From positions 1 to 50,988 of IMG/VR virus record IMGVR_UViG_3300037261_000025: 50,988 bases of DNA; one strand, 5' to 3'. The translations under genes were made by a program, and so were the position numbers. The stretch is from a virus. Lineage: Duplodnaviria > Caudoviricetes. Each line of letters starts with the position of its first letter. The stretch's first letter is position 1. Shown here one piece after another: positions 35,259 through 45,297 of the stretch. The notes under the pieces are model-generated. The model had not been told where the DNA came from, did not search any database, and was given only the letters and a program-made list of their open reading frames with translations.

Positions 35259-36248
35259 TTAAACCAGCGAGTCCCACTTCACGATCCGCGCATTTGCGGC
35301 CAACGTGTGAACGATGCCGAAGCCGCCCATGTAGTACCACGCGACGCCCTTGGACCGGCCGAAGTCAGTGGGGATCTTGCCGCGCATTTCTTCCGGCACC
35401 GCAATCGCTTCCGCCACCGTATCATTGCCGAAGAAGAAAATCCAGTCGGACTTGCCTTGCGACCAACCGACCATATCACCACCAGCAGCGGTCGAAATAC
35501 CTGTGGTACCGATGCCCTTGGCGATGTTGGTTTGTTCCACATAACGGCAATTTTCGTAACGACCAATTTCACCATTCATGATGAGCTTGAAGCCGGTGTC
35601 CGAATATTGGTGGATGGTTTCGAGGTTGTTCTTGAAGGCGCGCAGCGTGGTGGGCCAAGCGAGCGCATAGTAGTCATCACCCAAGTACGCGGGAATGTTG
35701 CGCTCCTTCATCAAGTCAACCATCGACTTCGCGTGGGCGTTGTTGTAGGCGACCGTATTGGTGCCGGTCACAGTGCCGTTGGTGTACAGCGTGAGCGCGG
35801 CAACATCGGTACCGCCGACCGGAATCGCACGCAGCAGCGTTTGATTGAACTGATTCCAGGACATGCGGTCGAAAGACTTCACGGCGTCGTTCTTCAGAAC
35901 CTTTTGCACCAATTCCATCACCGGGAACTTGGACAGATTGTCCAGTTTGCCCGAGTACGGCACCGAGTTGCCAGCTTCCGTGATCGTCAGAGTACCTTGA
36001 ACGATCGTGAAGTTGGATTCGGGCATCGTGTTGGTTTCCGTCAACACACCACCTGCGGTGGCGACGTCAGAGAACACGTCCCAGGTGAAGATATCCCCCT
36101 TTTTCTTGCCTTGCTGACTCGCATCGCGAACGTCACAGAACTGGCGGAATTTCACCAGCGGCTGTACGGACATCCGCAACACGTTCGAAAGTTGGCGCGA
36201 GTACATGAACCCGCCCAACGAATTAACTGCCCAAACTTGACCTGCCAT
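35259..36248 (-). CDS. Major capsid protein (HK97 fold)
   Basis: 329 aa after portal and scaffold; G..L.E..T.P, E.GNSV, GEIGR.E..R.VE, DFGR..G.AWY. Confidence 0.85.
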   Translation of the reverse strand: MAGQVWAVNSLGGFMYSRQLSNVLRMSVQPLVKFRQFCDVRDASQQGKKKGDIFTWDVFSDVATAGGVLTETNTMPESNFTIVQGTLTITEAGNSVPYSGKLDNLSKFPVMELVQKVLKNDAVKSFDRMSWNQFNQTLLRAIPVGGTDVAALTLYTNGTVTGTNTVAYNNAHAKSMVDLMKERNIPAYLGDDYYALAWPTTLRAFKNNLETIHQYSDTGFKLIMNGEIGRYENCRYVEQTNIAKGIGTTGISTAAGGDMVGWSQGKSDWIFFFGNDTVAEAIAVPEEMRGKIPTDFGRSKGVAWYYMGGFGIVHTLAANARIVKWDSLV

Positions 36249-36269
36249 GATCTGGCTCCTTAAAGATGA

Positions 36270-37247
36270 TTAATGTTGTGTCGGGGAGCCCGCCATCCAT
36301 TGCGGGCCACCGCGAGACTTCGCGATACCGGCGATGATGTCGGACATCGACTCTTCGACTTCCGGTTCAACCAAAGACACCGTTTTTTGGGACGCTGGTT
36401 TCGGCGCGGGCGTTGCCGCTTGCTTGCGAGCCAATTTATCCACAGGTTGGACAACGGGGGGCGCAGCGGCTTGGGTCTTTTTCGCTACCCAAGCACGCAA
36501 CGAATCACCGATATCCTTATACCGGACATCATACGGTCGGGTATCGCCAGCCGCAATCAATTTAGCGTCAGTTTCCTGGGCCAAGTTGTTGAGGATGGGG
36601 TCGCCCACGATGTCCGCATAATCCTTGCGGTATTGTTGGATCGCCTGATTGAACGTCAGCCGGTCATCAATCATCTTGGCAATGTCGGCAGTCGAAACTG
36701 ATGGACTCCCACGAAGCAATGCATGTACCGCTGCTGCCGCCTCTTCTTCACTGCCCATTTGTAGCGCGCGGGCAAACGCAAGGTCGTCATCGACCGTATC
36801 CGGCGCAGGGTCCGCAACTACGGATGCCTGCGCTTTCTGGATTTGTTCCTGCCGCAAGCGCGATGCCTCGGCAAGATAGTTATCTGCTGCCTCGACCTTA
36901 CTGGCGGTGACCAGCCAGTCATCGAGGGACTTTGTGACCTCACGGCCATTCACCTTGCGGGTGATCATCTGGGGGGCGGGAGGTGCCGTGTCAGACTCAC
37001 GGGCAAGAGCCTCAATGGCGGCATCGGCCTCCGGGTCTGCAACGGTGTCATCGGTCAGTTGCACTTGCGTGCCATCGTCCTGCTGGACTGTGAATTTTTC
37101 CGTCGTCCCGTCGTCGTTGATACTGACGTAGTCGTCGGCATGCGCTGCGTCGTTGGCGTCGTTGATCTTTGCCAGCATCGCCAGTCGTGCATTGTTGCCA
37201 GAGCCCACCGCTTCGCCGTCGTTGTTTGTTCCGTCTTCGAGTGCCAT
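36270..37247 (-). CDS. Scaffolding protein
   Basis: Acidic and helical; KVNG.E...S.D; located between portal and capsid; AGGAG RBS. Confidence 0.78.
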   Translation of the reverse strand: MALEDGTNNDGEAVGSGNNARLAMLAKINDANDAAHADDYVSINDDGTTEKFTVQQDDGTQVQLTDDTVADPEADAAIEALARESDTAPPAPQMITRKVNGREVTKSLDDWLVTASKVEAADNYLAEASRLRQEQIQKAQASVVADPAPDTVDDDLAFARALQMGSEEEAAAAVHALLRGSPSVSTADIAKMIDDRLTFNQAIQQYRKDYADIVGDPILNNLAQETDAKLIAAGDTRPYDVRYKDIGDSLRAWVAKKTQAAAPPVVQPVDKLARKQAATPAPKPASQKTVSLVEPEVEESMSDIIAGIAKSRGGPQWMAGSPTQH

Positions 37248-37248
37248 G

Positions 37249-37530
37249 TCAACTCCTATCGTCAATAATGTTAATCGCCTGCAATCCATCAGCTACGGCA
37301 TCAGATAGCCATTTTGCTATCGAGTTGGCCTGTACGATAGTATTTTGCAATTGTCGCACCTTTTCTATATCCGAGCAATCGACACTCAAAAACTCGCATT
37401 GAGCCTCGTCTTTTTGGTCTCTCGCCCTTCCTAGCAGGTATATCCCGATGTCTGAATTTAGAAACGACTCGACCTGCTTGCCGAACACGGCTCGACGGAT
37501 CATCACTGCCTCTTCTTCGCCGTCAGTCAT
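37249..37530 (-). CDS. Hypothetical protein (post-portal)
   Basis: ATGA overlap with the portal gene. Confidence 0.75.
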   Translation of the reverse strand: MTDGEEEAVMIRRAVFGKQVESFLNSDIGIYLLGRARDQKDEAQCEFLSVDCSDIEKVRQLQNTIVQANSIAKWLSDAVADGLQAINIIDDRS

Positions 37531-39782
37531 GCTGCAACCCCTTGAGACATTGGCTGCTGCGGTTCAGTAGATGGGGACTGTGCCAGCGTGTGCTGGTGCG
37601 CAAGGTTCATCTTCGCCACGTCATGAGCGACTCCGTGGTCTTGCTCACGGATGGCCCGCAGGTGTGTCGTGGCGGTGCGCAAGTTGTTTCCTTCTTCCTT
37701 GATCTGAGTATCTTTGAGCTTTGTTTCTGCCGTGATCTTGGTGGCTTCGAGCTTGACTTGGTGGCCTGTCATCTTTTCCTGCACCTTGGCATTTAGGTCT
37801 TGAATGACCTTTGCCTGCTTTTGCAGTTGGTCCTGTAGATGCGCGATATTGGGGTCGTCGTTGGTGAAGAATCGACTGCCGTCGCTGTATCCCATGTGCC
37901 CGAAAATCTCTTTCCCGATCTCTGCCAGGTTCAGTCCTGGGACGGGCTCCTTAACCATTCCGATGTAGGTTTGCATGCCTGCGAGGAACTTCTGCAGCTT
38001 CATCTGCGGGTCGGTCGCACCCATACCGACGTTGACCGTGAGGGTGAGTTCTTTTTCCAGTAGCTCGTCCGTCACCTCGTCAAGACCGAACTTCTGCATC
38101 AACTGAGCTTTCTTCGCGACCAGCGAAAGAATCGTCTTGTCGGTCTCGTATTTCTGCTCAAGCAACACCAGTTGGCGAAGTATCGGCTGTACGAACGTCT
38201 CCACGTAAGTGCGCAGCAGGTACTCCACAAGCGTTCCGGTTGACTGCTGCAAGATAGCCATGTTGCGTGCCGGTCCTGCAATGCCTTTGTCGGCCATGAC
38301 CTGCCCGGCGCTGAAGTTGCCAAGCAGGTCGTTCATGTCATTGTCGATACGGCCCTGTTCTTCGTATGCGCTTGCTGTAACGTCTGGCCACGTAATTTCG
38401 CGTACATCGGATTGTGGGTCTTCCATCATCACCGCGCCGCCTGGTACGTTGCGCATGAGACCTGAAATGTCCACGTCTCGCCCGCGCTTCACAAACCATT
38501 TTTTGTTCAGTACAAATTTGACGTTATCAATGCGCTGATTCGCGACTTCGTTGGCTTCCTCGCTGAGTCCCTTGCCGAGCATCGGCAGAGAGGAAGGCAT
38601 GATCCTGTGCGTCTCGATGATGCAGTGGCCCATGACATAGGGGCGCTGTCCATGAAATACGGTTTCAATCAACGGACGAGGTGACGTGAGCAACGCCTTG
38701 TCGCTGAGCGTGTAAAACTCCACATCCGACCCGTCGCGCCGGTGAATGTGGCGCTGCACCCAGATGATTTCGTAGTCCGGCAGAGACTTCCCGTCTGGTG
38801 CATACGGGTCTTCTCGGTCCTTTCCGCGTGCCGACCTAGTGCTGTCAGACATCGTGTCGGTTGCGCTGCGAAGCAGTCCTTCACCGAGTCTGCGCCATAC
38901 TCCCTGTTCCATCTTTTCCATCACGTCCATGACGTACATCGGGATAAGCTGTATCACGTATGGACTGGAGTTGATCGGGTCCATCCAGTTCGCTCCAGGA
39001 TCGATGCGAAGATTCTCGATCGGGAACAAATCCACTACTGGCTTGTCTACCTTTGGCTTTGGTGCTTCAACGGACACCGGTGCTGCGCCGAACGCCTTGT
39101 ATTCGTCAAGGCTTGGCGGATCGAGCGGGTCGCCTCCAGCGGGTTGCGTCAATTGAGGAAGAACCGACTCAGCACCTTCTGGCAACTTCGCGGCTTCCTG
39201 GTCTGGGTATTCCTCGTCGGTCTGGGCTGCTCCCATCGAAATCGGGCCTTCTGGCTCAGGCTCTGACCGTTCGTCTGATGCCTGATAGTCCCAGTAAATA
39301 TGCGCGCACGCAACGCCGACTGTCTGGGCATCCTGCAATCCGCCCAACACAACCTGATACCAAGGGATCGACTTTGTAAGTCGGTACTGAAGCAACTCCT
39401 TCATGATGGTGGCGCTGGCCACCTCCACCTTGTTGCTAGGGTCCAGTGCCGTCACACTGGTGGTGTCCATGTTGCTGAAGAAAGCAGCCGCAGCGGCGGC
39501 TTCGTTCTTTCGGATGATGGCGCGCATCTTTGGTCGGTAAAGCCTGCTGCGCTTCTCAAATGCGGCTGTGTTGTACTTGCTGTCCCCGGCGTGCTGATTG
39601 TTGAATGCGCGGATCGAGTCGTCCCAGTTCTTTCGGTAGTTGTTGTCCACGTAGGACGTACTGTCTCTGTAGGCGTCTTGCGCACGCTTGAGCCAGTCAC
39701 CGTCACCGTAGCCACCGGACTGTCCGTCTTGCGGGCCTTGTTGCGCGGTAGGGGCGAGGTTGTTTTGGTTGATGACGCCCAT
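37527..39782 (-). CDS. Portal protein
   Basis: 751 aa; N....NQRIDNV...LN; C-terminal coiled coil; upstream of scaffold and capsid. Confidence 0.82.
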   Translation of the reverse strand: MGVINQNNLAPTAQQGPQDGQSGGYGDGDWLKRAQDAYRDSTSYVDNNYRKNWDDSIRAFNNQHAGDSKYNTAAFEKRSRLYRPKMRAIIRKNEAAAAAAFFSNMDTTSVTALDPSNKVEVASATIMKELLQYRLTKSIPWYQVVLGGLQDAQTVGVACAHIYWDYQASDERSEPEPEGPISMGAAQTDEEYPDQEAAKLPEGAESVLPQLTQPAGGDPLDPPSLDEYKAFGAAPVSVEAPKPKVDKPVVDLFPIENLRIDPGANWMDPINSSPYVIQLIPMYVMDVMEKMEQGVWRRLGEGLLRSATDTMSDSTRSARGKDREDPYAPDGKSLPDYEIIWVQRHIHRRDGSDVEFYTLSDKALLTSPRPLIETVFHGQRPYVMGHCIIETHRIMPSSLPMLGKGLSEEANEVANQRIDNVKFVLNKKWFVKRGRDVDISGLMRNVPGGAVMMEDPQSDVREITWPDVTASAYEEQGRIDNDMNDLLGNFSAGQVMADKGIAGPARNMAILQQSTGTLVEYLLRTYVETFVQPILRQLVLLEQKYETDKTILSLVAKKAQLMQKFGLDEVTDELLEKELTLTVNVGMGATDPQMKLQKFLAGMQTYIGMVKEPVPGLNLAEIGKEIFGHMGYSDGSRFFTNDDPNIAHLQDQLQKQAKVIQDLNAKVQEKMTGHQVKLEATKITAETKLKDTQIKEEGNNLRTATTHLRAIREQDHGVAHDVAKMNLAHQHTLAQSPSTEPQQPMSQGVAA

Positions 39783-40129
39783 TAGAGTTTCACCTGCAGT
39801 TCATTGGCAACGGAAAACGGCAAACCTTCATTGCGTTTCACGCCTACGGCTCGGTCATCGTACAAAGCAATCATGCCGCTGTCCTTTTTGTTTGTGATCT
39901 GCAGCACCTTACCGATGTGTTCGTTGCACCACTTCCGAATGGCTGGATGCGGGGCACGGGCAGTGAAGATGCGAACTTCGTAGCCAGCCTTTATCCATCC
40001 TTTGACCTTCCCAACCATGGGCGCGATGGGCTTTCCGACATGTTCATCACCACGATACTCATCGTAGTAGGCCAACGTACCGTCGAGATCCACCCCAATC
40101 CACTGATCATGAAAGTCATCTTTCTTCAT
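39782..40129 (-). CDS. HAD-superfamily phosphatase-like protein
   Basis: WIGVDLDGTLA, IFTAR, K...M..LYDDRA. Confidence 0.82.
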   Translation of the reverse strand: MKKDDFHDQWIGVDLDGTLAYYDEYRGDEHVGKPIAPMVGKVKGWIKAGYEVRIFTARAPHPAIRKWCNEHIGKVLQITNKKDSGMIALYDDRAVGVKRNEGLPFSVANELQVKL

Positions 40130-40293
40130 AACTCGCTACACGCTTTCGTGAATTCAGGCCACCACGAGGCATTCTGGTGCGCAAAAATCCAGCTAACCAT
40201 AACCAAGGTCGCGGGCTTACGGTCCTTGTCCTGGATGTAGTCGATGATAGATGACAGCATCGGCCACTCAGGGAGGGATTTGAATTTTCCCAT
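40126..40293 (-). CDS. Hypothetical protein
   Basis: TGATG and ATAA-type overlaps with neighbours. Confidence 0.5.
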   Translation of the reverse strand: MGKFKSLPEWPMLSSIIDYIQDKDRKPATLVMVSWIFAHQNASWWPEFTKACSEL

Positions 40294-40553
40294 CAAGAGA
40301 ATGACTCGTCCCACTTCTTGCCGAGTTCACCCTTGTCTACTCCGCCGTTGGAGTTTGAAGCACCAGCTTCATCAAGTACCTTCTTCATCCTATCATTCCT
40401 GTCCTTGATGACTTCAATGGTGCTCTTGGATTTGGCAGGAGCAGACGCAGCAGGCTTAGGTTTCGGTTCCTCGGTGAACTTCTCCTTTGGGCTGGTGATC
40501 TTTTCCCAGAGAGATTTCTCTTTCTTGGGAGGTTCAAGGTCTGGAAGTGGCAT
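40293..40553 (-). CDS. Hypothetical protein
   Basis: GGAG RBS before MPLPDLEPP. Confidence 0.65.
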   Translation of the reverse strand: MPLPDLEPPKKEKSLWEKITSPKEKFTEEPKPKPAASAPAKSKSTIEVIKDRNDRMKKVLDEAGASNSNGGVDKGELGKKWDESFS

Positions 40554-40555
40554 GA

Positions 40556-40858
40556 TTATCTCCGTTGAATTTGACCGAAATGCTGATTCCAAGGCTGACC
40601 GACTTCGCCCGCATTGTGCCCGGCTTGCTGGAGGTGGGCGGGCTGGGCCATGCCGACAGGGGAGGCCATCTGCGCAGGTTGTGCCGCATTGACTCCCTGA
40701 TGAACAGCCTCCCCGACTGCGGCGCGAATCGGCGCGGCCATTCCCACAGGCGCGGCCATTGGTTGTTGTGCTTGAATATGTGCGGGACCGGCCATCCCAA
40801 CAGCCGGTGCTGCGGGTTGCGGACCAAATGCCCGGACTGCGTTTTGAATACTTGCCAT
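40556..40858 (-). CDS. Low-complexity Ala/Gln/Pro-rich protein
   Basis: AGGAG RBS; repeated VGMA.P. Confidence 0.65.
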   Translation of the reverse strand: MASIQNAVRAFGPQPAAPAVGMAGPAHIQAQQPMAAPVGMAAPIRAAVGEAVHQGVNAAQPAQMASPVGMAQPAHLQQAGHNAGEVGQPWNQHFGQIQRR

Positions 40859-40866
40859 GTTGACTC

Positions 40867-41220
40867 CTAATTCAGTTGATACTCAGCGCCGAACTCACCA
40901 TTCCAACGACCACGAGGCAAACCCATGCGCTCCAATAATTCGCCACCAGCCAGCATGGCCATATGTGCGAGTGCCTTTGGCGTGAACCCCTTGCCGCCAT
41001 CGATTGTGTAACCGTACCGGGCGTCACCAGCCATGTGCTTTACCACCAGCGTCATGCCCGGAGCCCATCCGACCATCCACGGGTGGTCAGGATAGGCCTT
41101 GCACAGCAACGTGGCCACCTCTTTGGCCTTGTGCTCCATCTCGATTGATTCTGCGTCTACAGACGTAACCTCGACGGTCTGCACGTCAACATCGATTTGC
41201 CGGTCGTGAATATTGCTCAT
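40867..41220 (-). CDS. Hypothetical protein
   Basis: L...YP.HPW.V ... AGGELLER..LPRG. Confidence 0.75.
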   Translation of the reverse strand: MSNIHDRQIDVDVQTVEVTSVDAESIEMEHKAKEVATLLCKAYPDHPWMVGWAPGMTLVVKHMAGDARYGYTIDGGKGFTPKALAHMAMLAGGELLERMGLPRGRWNGEFGAEYQLN

Positions 41221-41423
41221 GACACCAATGGGGATGGGTTCGGAATGAGGACGGGTTTCGGCTCAGCCACAGGGGCCTGGGAGGCGGTATCGGTAGCGAT
41301 GTTGTACGCAGCATTGGCTTGGACCGCAGCAATTCCGTCGAGTCTGCCTTGTTCGTATACCGCTTGGACAGCCGCCTCATGGGAATGGCTGAAGTTCTCA
41401 GCGTAGGTTTGCAGTGGGCTCAT
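41217..41423 (-). CDS. Hypothetical protein
   Basis: GGAG RBS; ATGA overlap. Confidence 0.65.
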   Translation of the reverse strand: MSPLQTYAENFSHSHEAAVQAVYEQGRLDGIAAVQANAAYNIATDTASQAPVAEPKPVLIPNPSPLVS

Positions 41424-41498
41424 GTGTGCTCCGTTGGTTTGGCGGAATTATGCCGTAGTCTTTTGCTGTGATAATGATTATTCTGTTCGCTGCTTCTA

Positions 41499-41708
41499 TC
41501 ATGCCAAGTTCGGATTGTAAATACCTGTGTTGTTTTTGTCTGTGGAATCGTACTTGCGCCCGTTGCTGAACTCATAGACTCCGTGGTCTGGCGCATTGAA
41601 CTCGCTTCCCCATGCGCGCTGAGCCAGTTCGTTCCATGATATCGCTCTAGAGACAACCGCGTTCCCGAGGTTGTTGATGTTAACTGCTGCGGGTGGATTC
41701 GTTGCCAT
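41499..41708 (-). CDS. Hypothetical protein
   Basis: GGAG RBS before MATNPP. Confidence 0.65.
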   Translation of the reverse strand: MATNPPAAVNINNLGNAVVSRAISWNELAQRAWGSEFNAPDHGVYEFSNGRKYDSTDKNNTGIYNPNLA

Positions 41709-41901
41709 TTTGGTTCTCCATGAATCTCTCGAATACCTCAATGCTGGCGCTCAGCGCGTCCACATCATCCCTGACATTTTGCACGTCATGCTCCATGTTC
41801 GACAGCGCCTGACTACGCATTTTCAGCCTTTCGCGCATTTGTTTCAACTGGCTTTCGATCAGTTGGCGCGGCGTGGGTTCACGGTTCAATAGACTGGTCA
41901 T
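41680..41901 (-). CDS. Hypothetical coiled-coil protein
   Basis: ORF track; operon packing. Confidence 0.6.
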   Translation of the reverse strand: MTSLLNREPTPRQLIESQLKQMRERLKMRSQALSNMEHDVQNVRDDVDALSASIEVFERFMENQNGNESTRSS

Positions 41902-42088
41902 GCCCCAAATCCTTCAAAATTCCGACCAGGCGGCTGATGATCTTCACAGAGTTTCCGGTGCACTCAATGCGGGAGCGCTCGCCTTCTATCTTCGTGTACG
42001 TGAATCCCGCCACAATGGTGTCGCCGCGCATAAGGCGTGCAACAACTTCTGTGTGCTCCAAACCATCAGGTGTATTCTGGCTCAGCAT
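41879..42088 (-). CDS. Hypothetical protein
   Basis: Fills the gap after terL; start uncertain. Confidence 0.4.
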   Translation of the reverse strand: MLSQNTPDGLEHTEVVARLMRGDTIVAGFTYTKIEGERSRIECTGNSVKIISRLVGILKDLGHDQSIEP

Positions 42089-43709
42089 ATGATGGCTCGT
42101 TGCGTTTTGGGGCCATCGGCTCCATGTCATAAATTCGGGCCGCAGCGTCGATTGCGTCCTTCAGACCGTGCGGAAAGTAGTGGAATTGTAGCTTCAATTG
42201 CGCAGTTAGGTCATACATATTACCGTGCTCATCCTTCCGTCGGATTTGCCGAGCGATTCGGTAGTCGTATCCAGTTCCGGCCATCTGGCGCTGGTTTCTG
42301 GTGAGATTTTTCTCATCCGTCTCATAGGGCAGGAAGAACTTGTGCGACTTGCAGTCTGGCACCAGCCGCTGCACGCGGTCCGTCTTTGAGCCCTCGCCGT
42401 CACGTGGCCAAGCCAACTCCTTTACTTCAAATCGCGGTCGATCTGGCAACCGCATTTGCTCCTTAAAGTAGTCTAGATCAGCCTGTGCACCGAAAGACTC
42501 GTAGCCCATCTTGACCTGCTGCACGCCTGTGGCGTTTTGCCACTTTATGTACATCCGGGAAAAGTTCTCCCACCGCTCCTGCAGGTCCATTTTGTGGTTG
42601 AAGCCATCCAAAAGATACTTGTTGTTCCCGGCGTCGATGCCGATGACAATGATTGCTGTGTTTGCGCTGTCCTTTTTCTTTGACCGAGCCGGATCGCACA
42701 GGACGTACACAGCCAGCGTCTCGGGCCTGACCTCGTAGACCTGCAGGTCAGTGATGTCAAAGATGCGTTGCTCTCCTGACAGCGGATTTTGAAGGTACTG
42801 ACAAGCAATGTCGCTGTCGGTGTTCTTCAATAGCCTTTTCTCCCACTCACCCTGCGGGAAATACACCGGTCTACCCTCTCTTGTGCCGTCATGCGTGGCC
42901 GGGTAGATGCGCGGCTTCAGGGCTCCACGGGAAATAACCCAGTCATAGGTGTCAGCGTAGGAGTATCGAGTCCCGATCATCCATTCTTCGCCGCCAACCG
43001 TCCCAAGCGATTGACTCAGCGAGTATGCGTTTGTGGTCTTTTCGCTTTGCTCTGGAGTGGAGACTGATTTGTCTGTGACAACATCGTCGTATATCCTGAG
43101 TCGATAGTGTTTACCTATGGGCTGGCCGTCAATCAGGCCAGATGCCTCGACCGTGGCCTCCTTGGAGTTGCCCTTGCGCTTGACTACGATCCCGTCAGTC
43201 GACCACCGCTGTGCCTGCTTGCTTGGGTCATCCCAGAGTATTTCCGGGAAAGCCGCCTTTAGACGACCATTTGTCTCTAGCTCGACCTTGATCTGCCGCA
43301 GGAAGTCCACCGCAAGTGTGCCGACATTGCTAAAAATGCCGATTGTGATCTCTGGGTCTTGGAGGATTCGCTGGATTGACCCACCGAATGTAATCACGGT
43401 ACTCTTGTAATGCTCTCTGGCCCATAGATCAATGTGCCCTGCTGGGTCTGCTTCTACCTCCCGACAGCGAGCATAGATCCACGGATGTAGCATGTCCTTG
43501 CGTGCGCACATCTGGACGAGCAGAAAGTACCTATCCCACAAGCACAGCGCACGAACGCCTGTGATGTCCTTGCCGCCGTCTGTGATACGGTCCCACGCGG
43601 CGAACAACTCAGACCCGAACGGGAGGTCCTGAGTGGCGAGTCTCATCGACCGTCGAGTTTCTCGGCTAAATGGATCACCAGAATCCACAGCGCCATACCC
43701 AATACCCAA
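42066..43709 (-). CDS. terL: Terminase large subunit
   Basis: AREHYKST (Walker A variant), G.HY...YDD, IGTRY...D.Y, DPA..K..SANTA, KTDRV, DAIDA; start uncertain. Confidence 0.88.
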   Translation of the reverse strand: MGIGYGAVDSGDPFSRETRRSMRLATQDLPFGSELFAAWDRITDGGKDITGVRALCLWDRYFLLVQMCARKDMLHPWIYARCREVEADPAGHIDLWAREHYKSTVITFGGSIQRILQDPEITIGIFSNVGTLAVDFLRQIKVELETNGRLKAAFPEILWDDPSKQAQRWSTDGIVVKRKGNSKEATVEASGLIDGQPIGKHYRLRIYDDVVTDKSVSTPEQSEKTTNAYSLSQSLGTVGGEEWMIGTRYSYADTYDWVISRGALKPRIYPATHDGTREGRPVYFPQGEWEKRLLKNTDSDIACQYLQNPLSGEQRIFDITDLQVYEVRPETLAVYVLCDPARSKKKDSANTAIIVIGIDAGNNKYLLDGFNHKMDLQERWENFSRMYIKWQNATGVQQVKMGYESFGAQADLDYFKEQMRLPDRPRFEVKELAWPRDGEGSKTDRVQRLVPDCKSHKFFLPYETDEKNLTRNQRQMAGTGYDYRIARQIRRKDEHGNMYDLTAQLKLQFHYFPHGLKDAIDAAARIYDMEPMAPKRNEPSYAEPEYT

Positions 43710-43718
43710 AAAGCATGA

Positions 43719-43922
43719 TCAGTCCAGGCTTGAGCCGTTGTAAGCCGTGCGCTTCTGGTATGCCTGATCACACATGATGTGATCCTCCAGCTTCTGCGCC
43801 ATTTCTCGATTGGGCGTCTTGTGGATCATACCGTCCAGCTCGTAGGAGCCGGTCAGGTCGCTGATGCTGCGCCAGTCTTTCGGGCAGCACTGGTGGTTTG
43901 AGTAGGTTTTCAGCTTTCTCAT
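43719..43922 (-). CDS. Hypothetical protein
   Basis: GGAGG RBS; ATGA overlap. Confidence 0.6.
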   Translation of the reverse strand: MRKLKTYSNHQCCPKDWRSISDLTGSYELDGMIHKTPNREMAQKLEDHIMCDQAYQKRTAYNGSSLD

Positions 43923-44404
43923 TTGCCCTCCAATTTTTTGTTAGCGTAGCTCCTAAGATCATCCTGAGACATGAGCGGGATGGACACCTCGTTATTGACC
44001 TGCACCGCCACGGCTGGAGCCTTTCCGACGAGATTTTCCTTCGCCGCGTTGATTGTAGCCGACCTGTGGCGGTAGTCGGTTTGGTCTTCGCAGTCTGCGG
44101 CCATTGCTTGTGCGACATTTTCTAGCGCCATCTTAGCAAGGTACTCCAGGCGCTTAGATATGATCGTGACCGTCTCCTCGACGGCGGTCACGATGCGGTC
44201 ATCTTGGGCCTGGAGGGCGCGTCGATATTCGATACCGGCGGTCACGATTGGTGCGACATCTTGCTCGACGCCTTTGCAGAGCTTATTTACGGCACCCTTG
44301 CTTACACCGTGCTTATCGGATATCTGACTCTGGCTCATCTGCCCCAATCGCCAGTCTGTGACGATAGCACTTGATATGGCTTTGTCTAGCGGTTTTGCTG
44401 CCAT
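43919..44404 (-). CDS. Terminase small subunit candidate
   Basis: N-terminal HTH (SQSQISDKHGVSKGAVNK), helical middle, AVQVNN tail; upstream of terL. Confidence 0.65.
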   Translation of the reverse strand: MAAKPLDKAISSAIVTDWRLGQMSQSQISDKHGVSKGAVNKLCKGVEQDVAPIVTAGIEYRRALQAQDDRIVTAVEETVTIISKRLEYLAKMALENVAQAMAADCEDQTDYRHRSATINAAKENLVGKAPAVAVQVNNEVSIPLMSQDDLRSYANKKLEGK

Positions 44405-44489
44405 GTTTGGTCCTTTGATGTGCCCGCGCAGGCTACACGATGGGTTTGGCTTGTCGCCTGGGTTGAGTCATGCGTGCGGGGCGAGTGTA

Positions 44490-44699
44490 TTATGACGCTG
44501 TTTCGGATATTTCGAACAAACTCAACTGCCCGTCGGCATGCTTGATCACCCGACGGCGCGACACCACTCTCGCCGTATTTTCTTTGCCCGTGCTGAGCCC
44601 CATCTTAGCCGCGCAGACCGGCCCGAATGAGCACCCGGATATTGTCATCACCGTTGCGGTTTGTAGGGGTCGGCTACAGCGGGAACAGCGCAGAGTCAT
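44490..44699 (-). CDS. Small zinc-finger protein
   Basis: CSRCSRPL...GPVCA. Confidence 0.65.
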   Translation of the reverse strand: MTLRCSRCSRPLQTATVMTISGCSFGPVCAAKMGLSTGKENTARVVSRRRVIKHADGQLSLFEISETAS

Positions 44700-44701
44700 G
44701 G

Positions 44702-45001
44702 CTAAGCGAACATCCCTAGTTCTGAGCGTGTTTCCTGAGCCCACTGCCGCCCGATCTTCATGGCTTCGGCGCGTGGGAACAGAATATATCGATCGTAGCT
44801 GGCGTGGCATCCAAGGATTCCGGGACGCGTGCAGCACAGAGGAAATGTCATTCTGTCGTCGGCCTTGATCGCTTTACCATCTGGCGGCAAGTGCGCGGCT
44901 TGGCTGTATCCATGGATTCCGCACTGCTTGCACGGTAGCGCTGCTACCAGTCGTCGGTACGACTCAGAGCGCATTGGGTTTGACTTTGGGCGGGCGGTCA
45001 T
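44702..45001 (-). CDS. HNH-like zinc-binding protein (DUF968/Ref-like)
   Basis: LPCKQCG...AAH...K.DD...PLC...CH..YD. Confidence 0.72.
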   Translation of the reverse strand: MTARPKSNPMRSESYRRLVAALPCKQCGIHGYSQAAHLPPDGKAIKADDRMTFPLCCTRPGILGCHASYDRYILFPRAEAMKIGRQWAQETRSELGMFA

Positions 45002-45053
45002 GATTTCCCCTTCGTTGCAAGAACAATTTCCAGGCATCCGGATTTGGGTGTGT

Positions 45054-45293
45054 TTAAGGCGTTTTAGGCATACGCACAATGAGCGCAGACTTGATTCTAA
45101 AAAGCTCCCACATTGCCGGGTGCATACGCCGGTCTCCAGCCTCCCATTGCTGCCACGCACGGCACGTAGAGTGCACCAGGGCAGCAGCAGCGGTTTGAGT
45201 AAGTCCCGCGATGGCTTCGCGTGCCGCTTTGATTTCTTCTGGCGTAGGATTTGAAGAAGGCCCTTTCGGGCCTCTGTTTGGGTGTGCTGTCAT
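45054..45293 (-). CDS. XRE-family HTH regulator
   Basis: EIKAARE..GLTQTAAAALV....RAWQQWEAG.R.M.PA.WELF. Confidence 0.85.
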   Translation of the reverse strand: MTAHPNRGPKGPSSNPTPEEIKAAREAIAGLTQTAAAALVHSTCRAWQQWEAGDRRMHPAMWELFRIKSALIVRMPKTP

Positions 45294-45297
45294 GGTT

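Noticed and set aside
35244-36263. 339-aa plus-strand ORF opposite the capsid gene
   Set aside because: Antisense shadow caused by strong codon bias; no recognisable domain
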